64,000 nt of DNA from an uncultured delta proteobacterium. GTDB taxonomy: Bacteria; Desulfobacterota; Desulfuromonadia; Geobacterales; Pseudopelobacteraceae. The first letter of the stretch is position 1, and the number at the start of each line of letters is the position of its first letter. The stretch covers positions 64,001 through 128,000 of the forward strand of contig CAVYYZ010000005.1 of NCBI GenBank assembly GCA_963772835.1. The letters are read 5' to 3'. The notes beneath the pieces are model-generated. The model ran no database searches, was not told where the DNA came from, and worked only from the letters and a program-made list of their open reading frames with translations. Position numbers and translations under genes: made by a program. Below are positions 20,976-28,696 of this stretch, in pieces.

Positions 20976-22274
20976 ATGTTCAACAGTATTTCACAATTCA
21001 GATTCCTGAAACCGCTCAAAAGCTTCAGCCCCCGAAATGTCATGATTTTTCTGGCAATCCTCGGGCCGGGTATCATCACCGCCAATGTGGATAACGATGC
21101 CGGCGGCATAACCACCTATTCACTGGCCGCGGCCAACTATGGCTATTCTATCCTCTGGATGATGATACCTACCACCATTGCGCTGGTAGTGGTTCAGGAG
21201 ATGTGTGCCCGCATGGGTGCTGTCACCGGCAAAGGCTTGTCCGACCTCATCCGTGAATCATTCGGAGTAAAGGTCACCTTTTACGTCATGATCGCCCTGC
21301 TGCTGACCAATATGGGTAATTCCATCTCCGAATTTGCCGGAATTGCCGCAAGTCTTGAAATATTTGGCATCAGCAAATACATTTCTGTGCCGATCTGCGC
21401 AATCCTTGTCTGGCTGCTTATCGTCAAGGGATCCTACAAGGTTGTGGAAAAGGTGTTCCTTGTCGCCTGTCTGGTCTATATCGCCTATCCTATCGCCGCC
21501 TTCATGGCCGGACCGGACTGGACTGTCGTCATGAAGGCGACAATCACACCGACATTCAAAACAGACAGTGCCTACCTGATGACACTGATAGGTATTGTCG
21601 GAACGACCATCGCACCCTGGATGCAGTTCTATCAGCAGGCGGCGGTTGTTGAAAAGGGCATCACAGCCGACCAGTACAATTTTTCGAAAGTAGATGTTAT
21701 CTTCGGCTGCATCATGGCCATCGTAGTGGCATTTTTTATGATGGTGGCCTGCGCATCAACCATCCACCTGCATGGATTGAAGATAGAAACCGCAGCCGAT
21801 GCAGCAATGGCGTTGAAGCCGCTGGTCGGCCAATACGCTTCCTCGCTGTTCGCATTCGGCCTTTTCAACGCCTCGCTCTTTGCCGCCTGTATCCTGCCGC
21901 TATCCACGGCCTACTACATCTGCGAAGGTATGGGGTGGGAATCGGGGGTTAACAAGGACTTCGAACAGGCACCGCAGTTTTTCTGGCTCTTTACAATAAT
22001 CATCGTCATTAGCGCCGGACTGATCCTGATCCCGAATGCACCGCTCATGACAATCATGTTCATTTCGCAGGTCGTCAACGGAGCGGTACTCCCCTTCGTG
22101 CTGTTATTCATGCTCAAGCTTATTAACGACAAAAATCTGATGGGGACCTTTGTCAATGGCCCGGTGTTCAACATCATTGCCTGGTTCACCGTCGTAACCA
22201 TGATTTCACTGACGATTATCATGACAACCGACATGGCGTTTCCGGGACTTATCAAACGACTAATGACTTTTTGA
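20976..22274 (+). CDS. Nramp/SLC11-family divalent cation transporter, NrmT-like (probably Mg2+)
   Basis: GPGIITANVDNDAGGITTY and GTTIAPWMQFYQ instead of the MntH motifs DPGN and MPH. Multiple TM segments, under M-box control. Confidence 0.88.
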   Translation: MFNSISQFRFLKPLKSFSPRNVMIFLAILGPGIITANVDNDAGGITTYSLAAANYGYSILWMMIPTTIALVVVQEMCARMGAVTGKGLSDLIRESFGVKVTFYVMIALLLTNMGNSISEFAGIAASLEIFGISKYISVPICAILVWLLIVKGSYKVVEKVFLVACLVYIAYPIAAFMAGPDWTVVMKATITPTFKTDSAYLMTLIGIVGTTIAPWMQFYQQAAVVEKGITADQYNFSKVDVIFGCIMAIVVAFFMMVACASTIHLHGLKIETAADAAMALKPLVGQYASSLFAFGLFNASLFAACILPLSTAYYICEGMGWESGVNKDFEQAPQFFWLFTIIIVISAGLILIPNAPLMTIMFISQVVNGAVLPFVLLFMLKLINDKNLMGTFVNGPVFNIIAWFTVVTMISLTIIMTTDMAFPGLIKRLMTF

Positions 22275-22289
22275 ATCGGTGTATGGCCA

Positions 22290-22334
22290 AACGTACTGAG
22301 GCCCGCCGGATATTCCGGCGGGCCTCAGTACGTT
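22290..22334. terminator. Perfect 21-bp stem hairpin between convergent genes
   Basis: AACGTACTGAGGCCCGCCGGA-TAT-TCCGGCGGGCCTCAGTACGTT. Confidence 0.75.
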
Positions 22335-22351
22335 CATTTCTCCGCTATGAT

Positions 22352-22888
22352 CTATTTTTTCATTTCCACGACGATTCCGGCTTTGCGAACCATCTCAATC
22401 AGCTCGGTGTAATTTTTATATTTTTGATCATAGGCTTCCCGACTGTTGTCATATTCCTTTTTCAATACGTCGAATTGAATTCTTGAGATTCCATTCGCAT
22501 CATAGATCTGCTTCCTCAACTGCTCCATGTGCTGTTCAATACCGCTTAACTCCGCTTCCATGCCATCCATTTCCCTGCGCCATTCAGCACGGCTTTTGCC
22601 GCCATACATCTCTTTTCCATCACCCTGAACGACAGCACTCTTCGTATCAGTCTTTTCTGCCGGGCGGAGCCCGTTCCCGGCTGCCGGAGACGTCTGCCGG
22701 CTGACATCAGGCGGCAGGTCATCGCGTCGTTTCACTTTCTTCCGGTACTTCTTCGGAACCTTTGAATAATCTTCGGTGTAGTTGTAGGTGCCGCTGTCGT
22801 CAACCCACGAAAAGGTTTCGGCATGGAGCGGCGACGCAAGCATCAGAATGAAACCAAGAAATATGATTGTTATCATAGACCCCACCAT
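22352..22888 (-). CDS. DUF4124 domain exported protein
   Basis: Signal peptide then FSWVDDSGTYNYTEDYSKVPKKYR, with a C-terminal coiled coil. Start may be 22876. Confidence 0.8.
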   Translation of the reverse strand: MVGSMITIIFLGFILMLASPLHAETFSWVDDSGTYNYTEDYSKVPKKYRKKVKRRDDLPPDVSRQTSPAAGNGLRPAEKTDTKSAVVQGDGKEMYGGKSRAEWRREMDGMEAELSGIEQHMEQLRKQIYDANGISRIQFDVLKKEYDNSREAYDQKYKNYTELIEMVRKAGIVVEMKK

Positions 22889-22891
22889 GCC

Positions 22892-23236
22892 CTAACCTGG
22901 AGGCCAGACAAATTCACGACCTGCCAGCAGGTGAAAGTGAATATGAAACACCGACTGGCCCGCCCCCGTCCCGTTATTCTGCACGATGCGGAAACCGGCG
23001 GCGGAGAACCCCTTCTCACGGGCGATGTCCCCTCCCTTCCGGAAGGCATAGCCGACCAGCGCGTCATCATGTGCGGACATATCAAGACAGTTAATGAAAT
23101 GTTTTTTCGGCAGCAGCAGCAGATGGAGAGGCGCCTGTGGAGTAATATCCTCGATAACGAGCAGTTGCTCGTCTTCAAACACCTTCTTTGCCGGAATTTC
23201 ACCACGAATAATTTTGCAGAAAATACAGTTGTCCAC
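22892..23236 (-). CDS. hinT: Histidine triad nucleotide-binding protein (HinT-like), own GTG start inside the fused ORF
   Basis: DNCIFCKII, PQAPLH and GQSVFHIHFH motifs. GGAGG lies just upstream of GTG 23236. Confidence 0.85.
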   Translation of the reverse strand: MDNCIFCKIIRGEIPAKKVFEDEQLLVIEDITPQAPLHLLLLPKKHFINCLDMSAHDDALVGYAFRKGGDIAREKGFSAAGFRIVQNNGTGAGQSVFHIHFHLLAGREFVWPPG

Positions 23237-23986
23237 GTTACCCTCCGCTTCCGGCTTTTGCAGCAGTATCAAAAATTCACGGTTGCCATCCGCACCGGTT
23301 ATGGGTGACTCACACAGTCCAGAGACCGTTAGCCCAAGATCTGATGCGGTATGGCGGATATCTTCGATAACTTTTTCATGGGCTGCGGGGTCTCGCACTA
23401 CCCCCCCCCTCCCGACTTCACCCTTTCCCACTTCAAACTGGGGTTTGATCAGAGCTATGATGCGACCACCCGGAATCAGCAGAGACAACGTAGCGGGGAG
23501 GACCTTGGCCAACGAAATAAACGAAGCATCCACTACTGCCAGCGCCGGTTCAGCGTCAAGCTGATCCGGGGTCACGTAGCGTATATTGGTCTTCTCCATA
23601 CTGACGACGCGGGGGTCCCGCTGCAGTGCCCAGGCAAGTTGTCCATAGCCGACGTCAACGGCAAAAACCCTGGCGGCCCCTGCCTGCAGCAGACAGTCGG
23701 TAAAGCCGCCGGTTGACGAACCAACATCGACAGCAACCAATCCCTTCACATCGATACAGAATTCGTCAAGCGCCTTACGCAACTTGAGTCCGCCCCGACT
23801 GACATACGGGAGAGATTCCCCCCTGAGACGGATTTCAGAATCGGTCAGGACCTGTTGACCGGCCTTATCAACCGTGTGGTCTCCTACCACCACTTTGCCG
23901 GCCATCACCAATGCCCGTGCCTTCTCAATCGATGGAGACAGGCCGCGCTCAACCACCAGGCTGTCGAGGCGCTGTTTTTTTGCCAT
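22892..23986 (-). CDS. tlyA: TlyA-family rRNA methyltransferase read in frame into a HIT protein
   Basis: S4 domain, YVSRGGLKL, DVGSSTGGFTD, LIKPQFE and GADGNREF, then no stop before the HIT domain. Confidence 0.88.
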   Translation of the reverse strand: MAKKQRLDSLVVERGLSPSIEKARALVMAGKVVVGDHTVDKAGQQVLTDSEIRLRGESLPYVSRGGLKLRKALDEFCIDVKGLVAVDVGSSTGGFTDCLLQAGAARVFAVDVGYGQLAWALQRDPRVVSMEKTNIRYVTPDQLDAEPALAVVDASFISLAKVLPATLSLLIPGGRIIALIKPQFEVGKGEVGRGGVVRDPAAHEKVIEDIRHTASDLGLTVSGLCESPITGADGNREFLILLQKPEAEGNVDNCIFCKIIRGEIPAKKVFEDEQLLVIEDITPQAPLHLLLLPKKHFINCLDMSAHDDALVGYAFRKGGDIAREKGFSAAGFRIVQNNGTGAGQSVFHIHFHLLAGREFVWPPG

Positions 23987-24534
23987 TACTCAACAAGTTC
24001 CGACTTAACGAAGAGCGCTCTCAGCCAGTACCCTTCCGCCTCGATGCTTTCGCGACCACCCTCTTCGCGATCCACCAGCGTCACAATACCAAGCACCACC
24101 AGCCCCTCTTCCTCAGCACGGCGAACCGCCTTCATGGAGGAGCCTCCGGTGGTAACAACATCCTCCACGATGATAACCCTGGTCCCGGGAGGAAGGTTTT
24201 TGCGACCTTCCAGCCACTGGCCGGTACCATGCCCTTTTGGTTCCTTGCGGATGATGAAGGCGTGCAGACTCGCGCCGTCCAGATGAGCGGCGATCGACGT
24301 TGCCGTGGCAATCGGATCAGCTCCAAGTGTAATGCCGCCAACCGCCTGAACCCCTTCGACATCCTTGATGGCCTCATAGAACAGTTTGCCGACCAGAAAA
24401 CCGCCTTCAGCGTGCAGTGTGGTCTGTTTGCCGTCAAAGTAAAAATCGCTTTGCCGACCGGAAGCCAGTGTCACCAGACGTTTTTCGTATGACAACTCCA
24501 GGATTATTTTCTTTAATTGATCGCGATCACTCAT
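23986..24534 (-). CDS. pyrE: Orotate phosphoribosyltransferase
   Basis: [20 protein letters not shown] and [10 protein letters not shown] motifs. Confidence 0.95.
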   Translation of the reverse strand: MSDRDQLKKIILELSYEKRLVTLASGRQSDFYFDGKQTTLHAEGGFLVGKLFYEAIKDVEGVQAVGGITLGADPIATATSIAAHLDGASLHAFIIRKEPKGHGTGQWLEGRKNLPPGTRVIIVEDVVTTGGSSMKAVRRAEEEGLVVLGIVTLVDREEGGRESIEAEGYWLRALFVKSELVE

Positions 24535-25954
24535 GTTTCGTCTGCTCCTCTTCGAATAATCCCATCTGCGGAATATCCACAGGTTTGGGGAATGCAACCG
24601 GGTAATCCCCGGCAAAACAGGCTTTGCAATAATGGGTGTTGCCATGGCCGATTGACGAAATCAACCCCTCTTCGGACAGATACCCGAGAGTGTCAGCGGT
24701 AACATAGCGGCAGATTTCATCTATCGTATGAGAAGAAGAGATCAGTTCCTTACGGTTCGGTGTATCTATACCGTAGTAACAGGGATAGCTGGTAGGAGGT
24801 GATGAAATCCTTAGATGCACTTCACTTGCCCCGGCATTGCGCACCATTTTTACAATCTTTCGTGAGGTGGTACCGCGGACGATAGAGTCGTCAATCACGA
24901 CAACCCTTTTCCCTTTCAGCAGTTCCCTCACCGGATTAAGCTTGATTTTGACTCCGAAATGCCGAATGGACTGAGCCGGCTCGATGAACGTCCGGCCGAC
25001 ATAATGATTGCGGATCAATCCCAGTTCGAACGGAATGCCGGATTCCTCGGCATACCCCATGGCAGCCGGCACACCGGAGTCAGGCACAGCGATCACGACA
25101 TCGGCATCAACCGGATACTCACGTGCCAATTGCCGGCCCAGCTCTTTGCGGGCAAGATAAACATTCCTGCCGAATATGTATGAATCGGGGCGGGCAAAAT
25201 AGACAAATTCGAAAATGCAGGGGGTCGGTTCGATCTCTTTAAACGGGAAAAACGATTTTACGCCACCGTCTTTGGTACAGAGGATCATTTCACCCGGCTC
25301 GATTTCACGGACAAAGTCAGCTTCAATCAGATCCAGGGCGCAGCTTTCAGAGGCAACAACCCAGGCGTCACCCAGTTTACCGAGACATAACGGACGGAAT
25401 CCGTTCGGATCACGTACGGCAATCATGCGGGTTTCTGTCAGAAACACCAGACAGTAGGCGCCCTGGATCCTCTTCAGCGCATCAGTAATGCGGTCGACAA
25501 GTGAGTTGGTCTTGGACGCGGCAATAAGATGGATAATTATTTCTGTATCCATCGTCGTCTGGAAAATCGAGCCGTAGGCTTCCAGTTCCGCCTTCAGCAG
25601 TTGTGCATTGACAAGGTTACCGTTGTGGGCAACCGCAATCGAACCGCGAGAATAATCCACCATGATTGGCTGGACGTTCTTTTCCACCGAGGCTCCGGCA
25701 GTCGAATAGCGGACATGCCCGATCGCCGATTTACCCGGCAGTTTTTTGAATACGTCAGGATTGCTGAATACATCCGCGACCAGACCCATCCGTTTGTGAG
25801 CATGCAGAGAGTCGCCGTCCGAGGAGACGATGCCGCAGCTTTCCTGTCCGCGATGCTGAAGGGCATACAGCCCCAGATAGGTCAGATTTGAAGCTTCCGA
25901 ATGATTATAAATTCCAAAAACGCCGCATTCTTCTTGAGGACGGGATAACTTCAT
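24527..25954 (-). CDS. purF: Amidophosphoribosyltransferase
   Basis: EECGVFG, LQHRGQE, VPDSG and [10 protein letters not shown] motifs. Confidence 0.97.
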   Translation of the reverse strand: MKLSRPQEECGVFGIYNHSEASNLTYLGLYALQHRGQESCGIVSSDGDSLHAHKRMGLVADVFSNPDVFKKLPGKSAIGHVRYSTAGASVEKNVQPIMVDYSRGSIAVAHNGNLVNAQLLKAELEAYGSIFQTTMDTEIIIHLIAASKTNSLVDRITDALKRIQGAYCLVFLTETRMIAVRDPNGFRPLCLGKLGDAWVVASESCALDLIEADFVREIEPGEMILCTKDGGVKSFFPFKEIEPTPCIFEFVYFARPDSYIFGRNVYLARKELGRQLAREYPVDADVVIAVPDSGVPAAMGYAEESGIPFELGLIRNHYVGRTFIEPAQSIRHFGVKIKLNPVRELLKGKRVVVIDDSIVRGTTSRKIVKMVRNAGASEVHLRISSPPTSYPCYYGIDTPNRKELISSSHTIDEICRYVTADTLGYLSEEGLISSIGHGNTHYCKACFAGDYPVAFPKPVDIPQMGLFEEEQTKHE

Positions 25955-25980
25955 AGGTTAAGACTCCACGTGGTATTGGA

Positions 25981-26808
25981 TCAGACCAGGTTATTTCTAA
26001 CATACTCGGCGGCATTTTTATACAGTATCAAACCATCACCCTCTTCCGGCAGATTCTCTCTCGTCCAACGGGGGTGCTGGGTATAATGAACAAACGCCTC
26101 AGGATGCGGCATCAACCCCATCAGGCGGCCGGTCGGGTCACTGAGAGCTGCAATGGAATGTATTGAGCCGTTAGGGTTGGCCGGAAACTCCATCGTCGCC
26201 CGGGCATACCCTGCATCGCTGTAGCGCAGCACAGCCAGATGACCGGATTCAATTCGTGCCAGTGTTGCATCGCTATCACAGAGAAACTTTCCTTCTCCAT
26301 GACGCACAGGCAGATATATGCCACCGTCTATTCCGCTGGTGAATACACTGGGCGAGTCGGGATCAACCTTCAGGTACGTCCAGCGATCCTGAAAACGGCC
26401 GCAGTCGTTATGAGTCAGTGTGACCGTCTGGTGCAGATACTCATTGTCGAATCCCGGCAGCATCCCCATTTTCACCATAAGCTGAAAGCCGTTACAGACT
26501 CCCAGGATCAGCTTGCCGCCGGCTATAAACCGGGTGAACTGGTCAACCAGTTTTTCATGACTGCCGGCAACTGAGGCATTTTTCAAGCGATTGGCCTGAG
26601 CCTTGGCACTTCCAAGATCATCACCATCGAGAAAACCTCCAGTCAGATTGAGAAAATGAAAGCCGTCCAGACGTATCTCACCGGAGAGAATCTCGGCGAT
26701 ATGGGCGATTACGGTCTCATCGAAGCCGCCGAGGCGGCAGGCATGGGCCGCCTCCATCTCGCAGTTGGTGCCGTTGCCGGTAATGACTATTGCGCGTGTC
26801 TGTTTCAT
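25981..26808 (-). CDS. purQ: FGAM synthase glutaminase subunit
   Basis: GTNCE, GGFLDGDDLG, LGVCNGFQ and MPHPE motifs. Confidence 0.94.
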   Translation of the reverse strand: MKQTRAIVITGNGTNCEMEAAHACRLGGFDETVIAHIAEILSGEIRLDGFHFLNLTGGFLDGDDLGSAKAQANRLKNASVAGSHEKLVDQFTRFIAGGKLILGVCNGFQLMVKMGMLPGFDNEYLHQTVTLTHNDCGRFQDRWTYLKVDPDSPSVFTSGIDGGIYLPVRHGEGKFLCDSDATLARIESGHLAVLRYSDAGYARATMEFPANPNGSIHSIAALSDPTGRLMGLMPHPEAFVHYTQHPRWTRENLPEEGDGLILYKNAAEYVRNNLV

Positions 26809-26881
26809 TGCTTCCTGTTCTCCTTTTTTCTCAAAACCTGACGAACGACATGCAGTATAGAGTGGTGTGATCAAATCTTTT

Positions 26882-28687
26882 TCAATCGAAGTCTGTATCC
26901 TGACCGTTTATTACCGGAAGAAACGCGGCACCATATTTGCGTAACTTGTGTTCTCCAACCCCGGTAACGTCCAGCAACTCCCGTTCATTGCGAGGTTTAC
27001 TCGATGCCATCTCCAGCAGAGTGGCATCGGAAAACACAACAAAGGGCGGTACATTGGCGGTGTCGGCAATTTGTTTGCGCAGCGCACGCAGCTTGTCGAA
27101 GAGGACCTGATGAAGTCCGTCAACCATTCCCCGTCGCCGTTTTGCCTTTTCTTCAGGCTTGACCGCAGCGCGCGGAAGGCCAAGTATGACCTGGGTCTCG
27201 CCTTTCAGCACCGGCCGTGCCGCCGGTGACAATCCCAAAACACCGTAGCGGGTGAAGTCCTGTACAATATAGCCGAGATGAATCAACTGGCGGAAGATAT
27301 TTTCCCACTCCAATACCGACTGCTCTGTGCCTATACCGTAGGTGGACAGCTCATGGTGGCGCAGGTCGGTGACGCGCTGACTCTTTGCCCCTCGCAGCAC
27401 CTCAATAACATGCCGTACTCCGAACCGTTCGCCGACACGGTACACACAGGAGAGCGCTTTTTTTGCCTGTTCTGATGCGTTGAAACGCTGCGGTGGATCG
27501 ATGCAGATATCGCAATTGCCGCAGTCATGATCCCGCTTGTCGCCGAAATAGGAGAGCAGTGCCCGGCGACGGCAGGTCAGTGCCTCGCCGTATGAAACCA
27601 TCGCATTCAACTTCTGAATCTCGATCCGTACCCGTTCGGCGTTGTCGCTGTTCTCGATCAGAGCCCGGGCGGTCATGACATCACCCATCCCGAACAGCAT
27701 CAACGCTTCTGACGGCAGGCCGTCACGTCCTGCCCTGCCTGTTTCCTGATAATAGCTTTCAACACTCTTCGGCATGTCGTAATGGACGACAAAGCGGACG
27801 TTGGGTTTATCGATCCCCATGCCGAACGCGACGGTGGCGACTACGATCCGCAGATCGTCGCGGCGAAAGGCATTCTGTACCCGACTCCGCTCTTTTTCGG
27901 ACAGCCCGGCGTGGTACGCTGCGGCAGAAAATCCTGCATGCTTCAGCTGCTCTGCAATCTGTTCGACCCGTTTCCTGCTCAGCGCATAGATGATGCCGGC
28001 TTCATCACCGCGGCCTTTCAGGAATCCCGACAGCTGCACAGACGGCTTATGTTTGGGAATGACCGTATAGGTTATGTTCGGCCGGTCAAAACCGGCGACA
28101 AAGACCGTGGCCCGCTGGATACCGAGCTGGCTGACGATATCCTTGCGTGTTTCCGGATCGGCCGTTGCGGTCATCGCGACAATCGGCACATCGGGAAACG
28201 TACTCCGCAACTGTCCGAGCTTCACATAATCGGGCCGGAAATCGTGCCCCCACTGGGAAATGCAGTGTGCCTCATCAATGGCAAACAGCGCCAGCGTCAG
28301 CGTGGACAGCGTGTCCAAAAAGTCGGGGAGCAGCAGACGCTCCGGCGCAACATAAAGCAGGTCAAGTTCGTTGTTGTGCAGCTGCCGCAGCACCTGACGT
28401 GCTTCAATGGACGTCTGGGACGAGTTGAGGCAGGCGGCCCGCACGCCATTTTCCTCCAGTGCATCGACCTGATCCTTCATCAGGGCGATCAGCGGTGAAA
28501 CGACAATCGCCACACCATCCCGGTGCAGGGCAGGAATCTGATAGCAGAGCGATTTACCACCACCGGTCGGCATCACGAGAAAGACATCTTCACCGGCCAC
28601 TACCCGTTCGATGACATCCTGCTGAGGTGCCCGGAACTGATTAAAACCGAAGACGGTTTTCAGCGTATGATGAATAGCTTCAGGCAC
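26882..28687 (-). CDS. recQ: ATP-dependent DNA helicase RecQ
   Basis: MPTGGGKSLCYQ, DEAHCISQWGHDFRP, QETGRAGRDG, RQC Zn cysteines and an HRDC domain. Confidence 0.96.
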   Translation of the reverse strand: MPEAIHHTLKTVFGFNQFRAPQQDVIERVVAGEDVFLVMPTGGGKSLCYQIPALHRDGVAIVVSPLIALMKDQVDALEENGVRAACLNSSQTSIEARQVLRQLHNNELDLLYVAPERLLLPDFLDTLSTLTLALFAIDEAHCISQWGHDFRPDYVKLGQLRSTFPDVPIVAMTATADPETRKDIVSQLGIQRATVFVAGFDRPNITYTVIPKHKPSVQLSGFLKGRGDEAGIIYALSRKRVEQIAEQLKHAGFSAAAYHAGLSEKERSRVQNAFRRDDLRIVVATVAFGMGIDKPNVRFVVHYDMPKSVESYYQETGRAGRDGLPSEALMLFGMGDVMTARALIENSDNAERVRIEIQKLNAMVSYGEALTCRRRALLSYFGDKRDHDCGNCDICIDPPQRFNASEQAKKALSCVYRVGERFGVRHVIEVLRGAKSQRVTDLRHHELSTYGIGTEQSVLEWENIFRQLIHLGYIVQDFTRYGVLGLSPAARPVLKGETQVILGLPRAAVKPEEKAKRRRGMVDGLHQVLFDKLRALRKQIADTANVPPFVVFSDATLLEMASSKPRNERELLDVTGVGEHKLRKYGAAFLPVINGQDTDFD

Positions 28688-28696
28688 CGGGTACGG

